64,000 nt of DNA from Octopus bimaculoides (taxonomy: Eukaryota), in contig NC_068986.1 in the NCBI RefSeq assembly GCF_001194135.2, positions 43,865,351-43,929,350 on the forward strand, read 5' to 3'. The notes under the pieces were generated by a model that saw only the letters and a list, made by a program, of their open reading frames with translations, made no database searches and had not been told where the DNA came from. Position numbers and translations under genes: made by a program. Numbering within the stretch: the first letter of the stretch is position 1; each line of letters begins with the position of its first letter. Of the stretch, positions 63,672 to 64,000 are shown in pieces.

Positions 63672-64000
63672 CTGAAAGGAAAATGATCACTCAATCAATA
63701 CCAAAACATCATAGTTATATACTAGATTAAAAAAAAAGATGGTATGATAATCATAATTTATACACAGATACATTCCAGGTTCAGTCCTGCTGTGCTGCAT
63801 TTTGGGCAAGTGTCTTCTACTATAGCCCCAGGCTGACTAAAACCTGAACGAATCTAAATTTGGTAGACAGAATCTGAAAGAGGCATTTCCTACGCGTGCA
63901 CGTGTGAGTGTGTGTGTGCGTGTGTGTGTGTTTACATTTGCACTTCACTGAAAATTGCTGGGCTACAAGCAGTGGAATTGTTGTCATTCCTCCTGGCAAA

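Overview
AT-rich, microsatellite-rich animal genomic DNA with about ten N-gaps. The SINE families and repeat density suggest an octopod cephalopod draft assembly (inference, not verified). The only host gene I can identify is CPSF1 (CPSF160): its last two coding exons lie on the minus strand at 63533-63671 and 61414-61461. The rest is a nested transposon landscape. It includes a Chapaev3-like transposase pseudogene, two Penelope-like (PLE) fragments, a 2.1 kb Mag-like Gypsy element with both LTRs and a TSD, a multiply deleted Gmr1-like Gypsy element (SCAN-like gag, integrase before RT), an older Gypsy remnant, L1/Tx1 and RTE LINE fragments, hAT and piggyBac MITEs, and many tRNA-derived SINEs. 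The most interesting signals are four. (1) A minimal type I hammerhead ribozyme motif at 51154-51198. (2) A TSD-flanked element joining a tRNA-like Pol III head to a hammerhead-like tail at 57059-57310, a candidate PLE-mobilised SINE or retrozyme-like family. (3) Reiterated primer-binding-site-like units inside the Mag-like LTRs. (4) Near-perfect RFX X-boxes, one followed by a consensus splice donor, hinting at an unrecognised ciliary-type gene. No CRISPR, rRNA or convincing true tRNA gene was seen. No database searches or folding programs could be run, so family names rest on recalled motifs.
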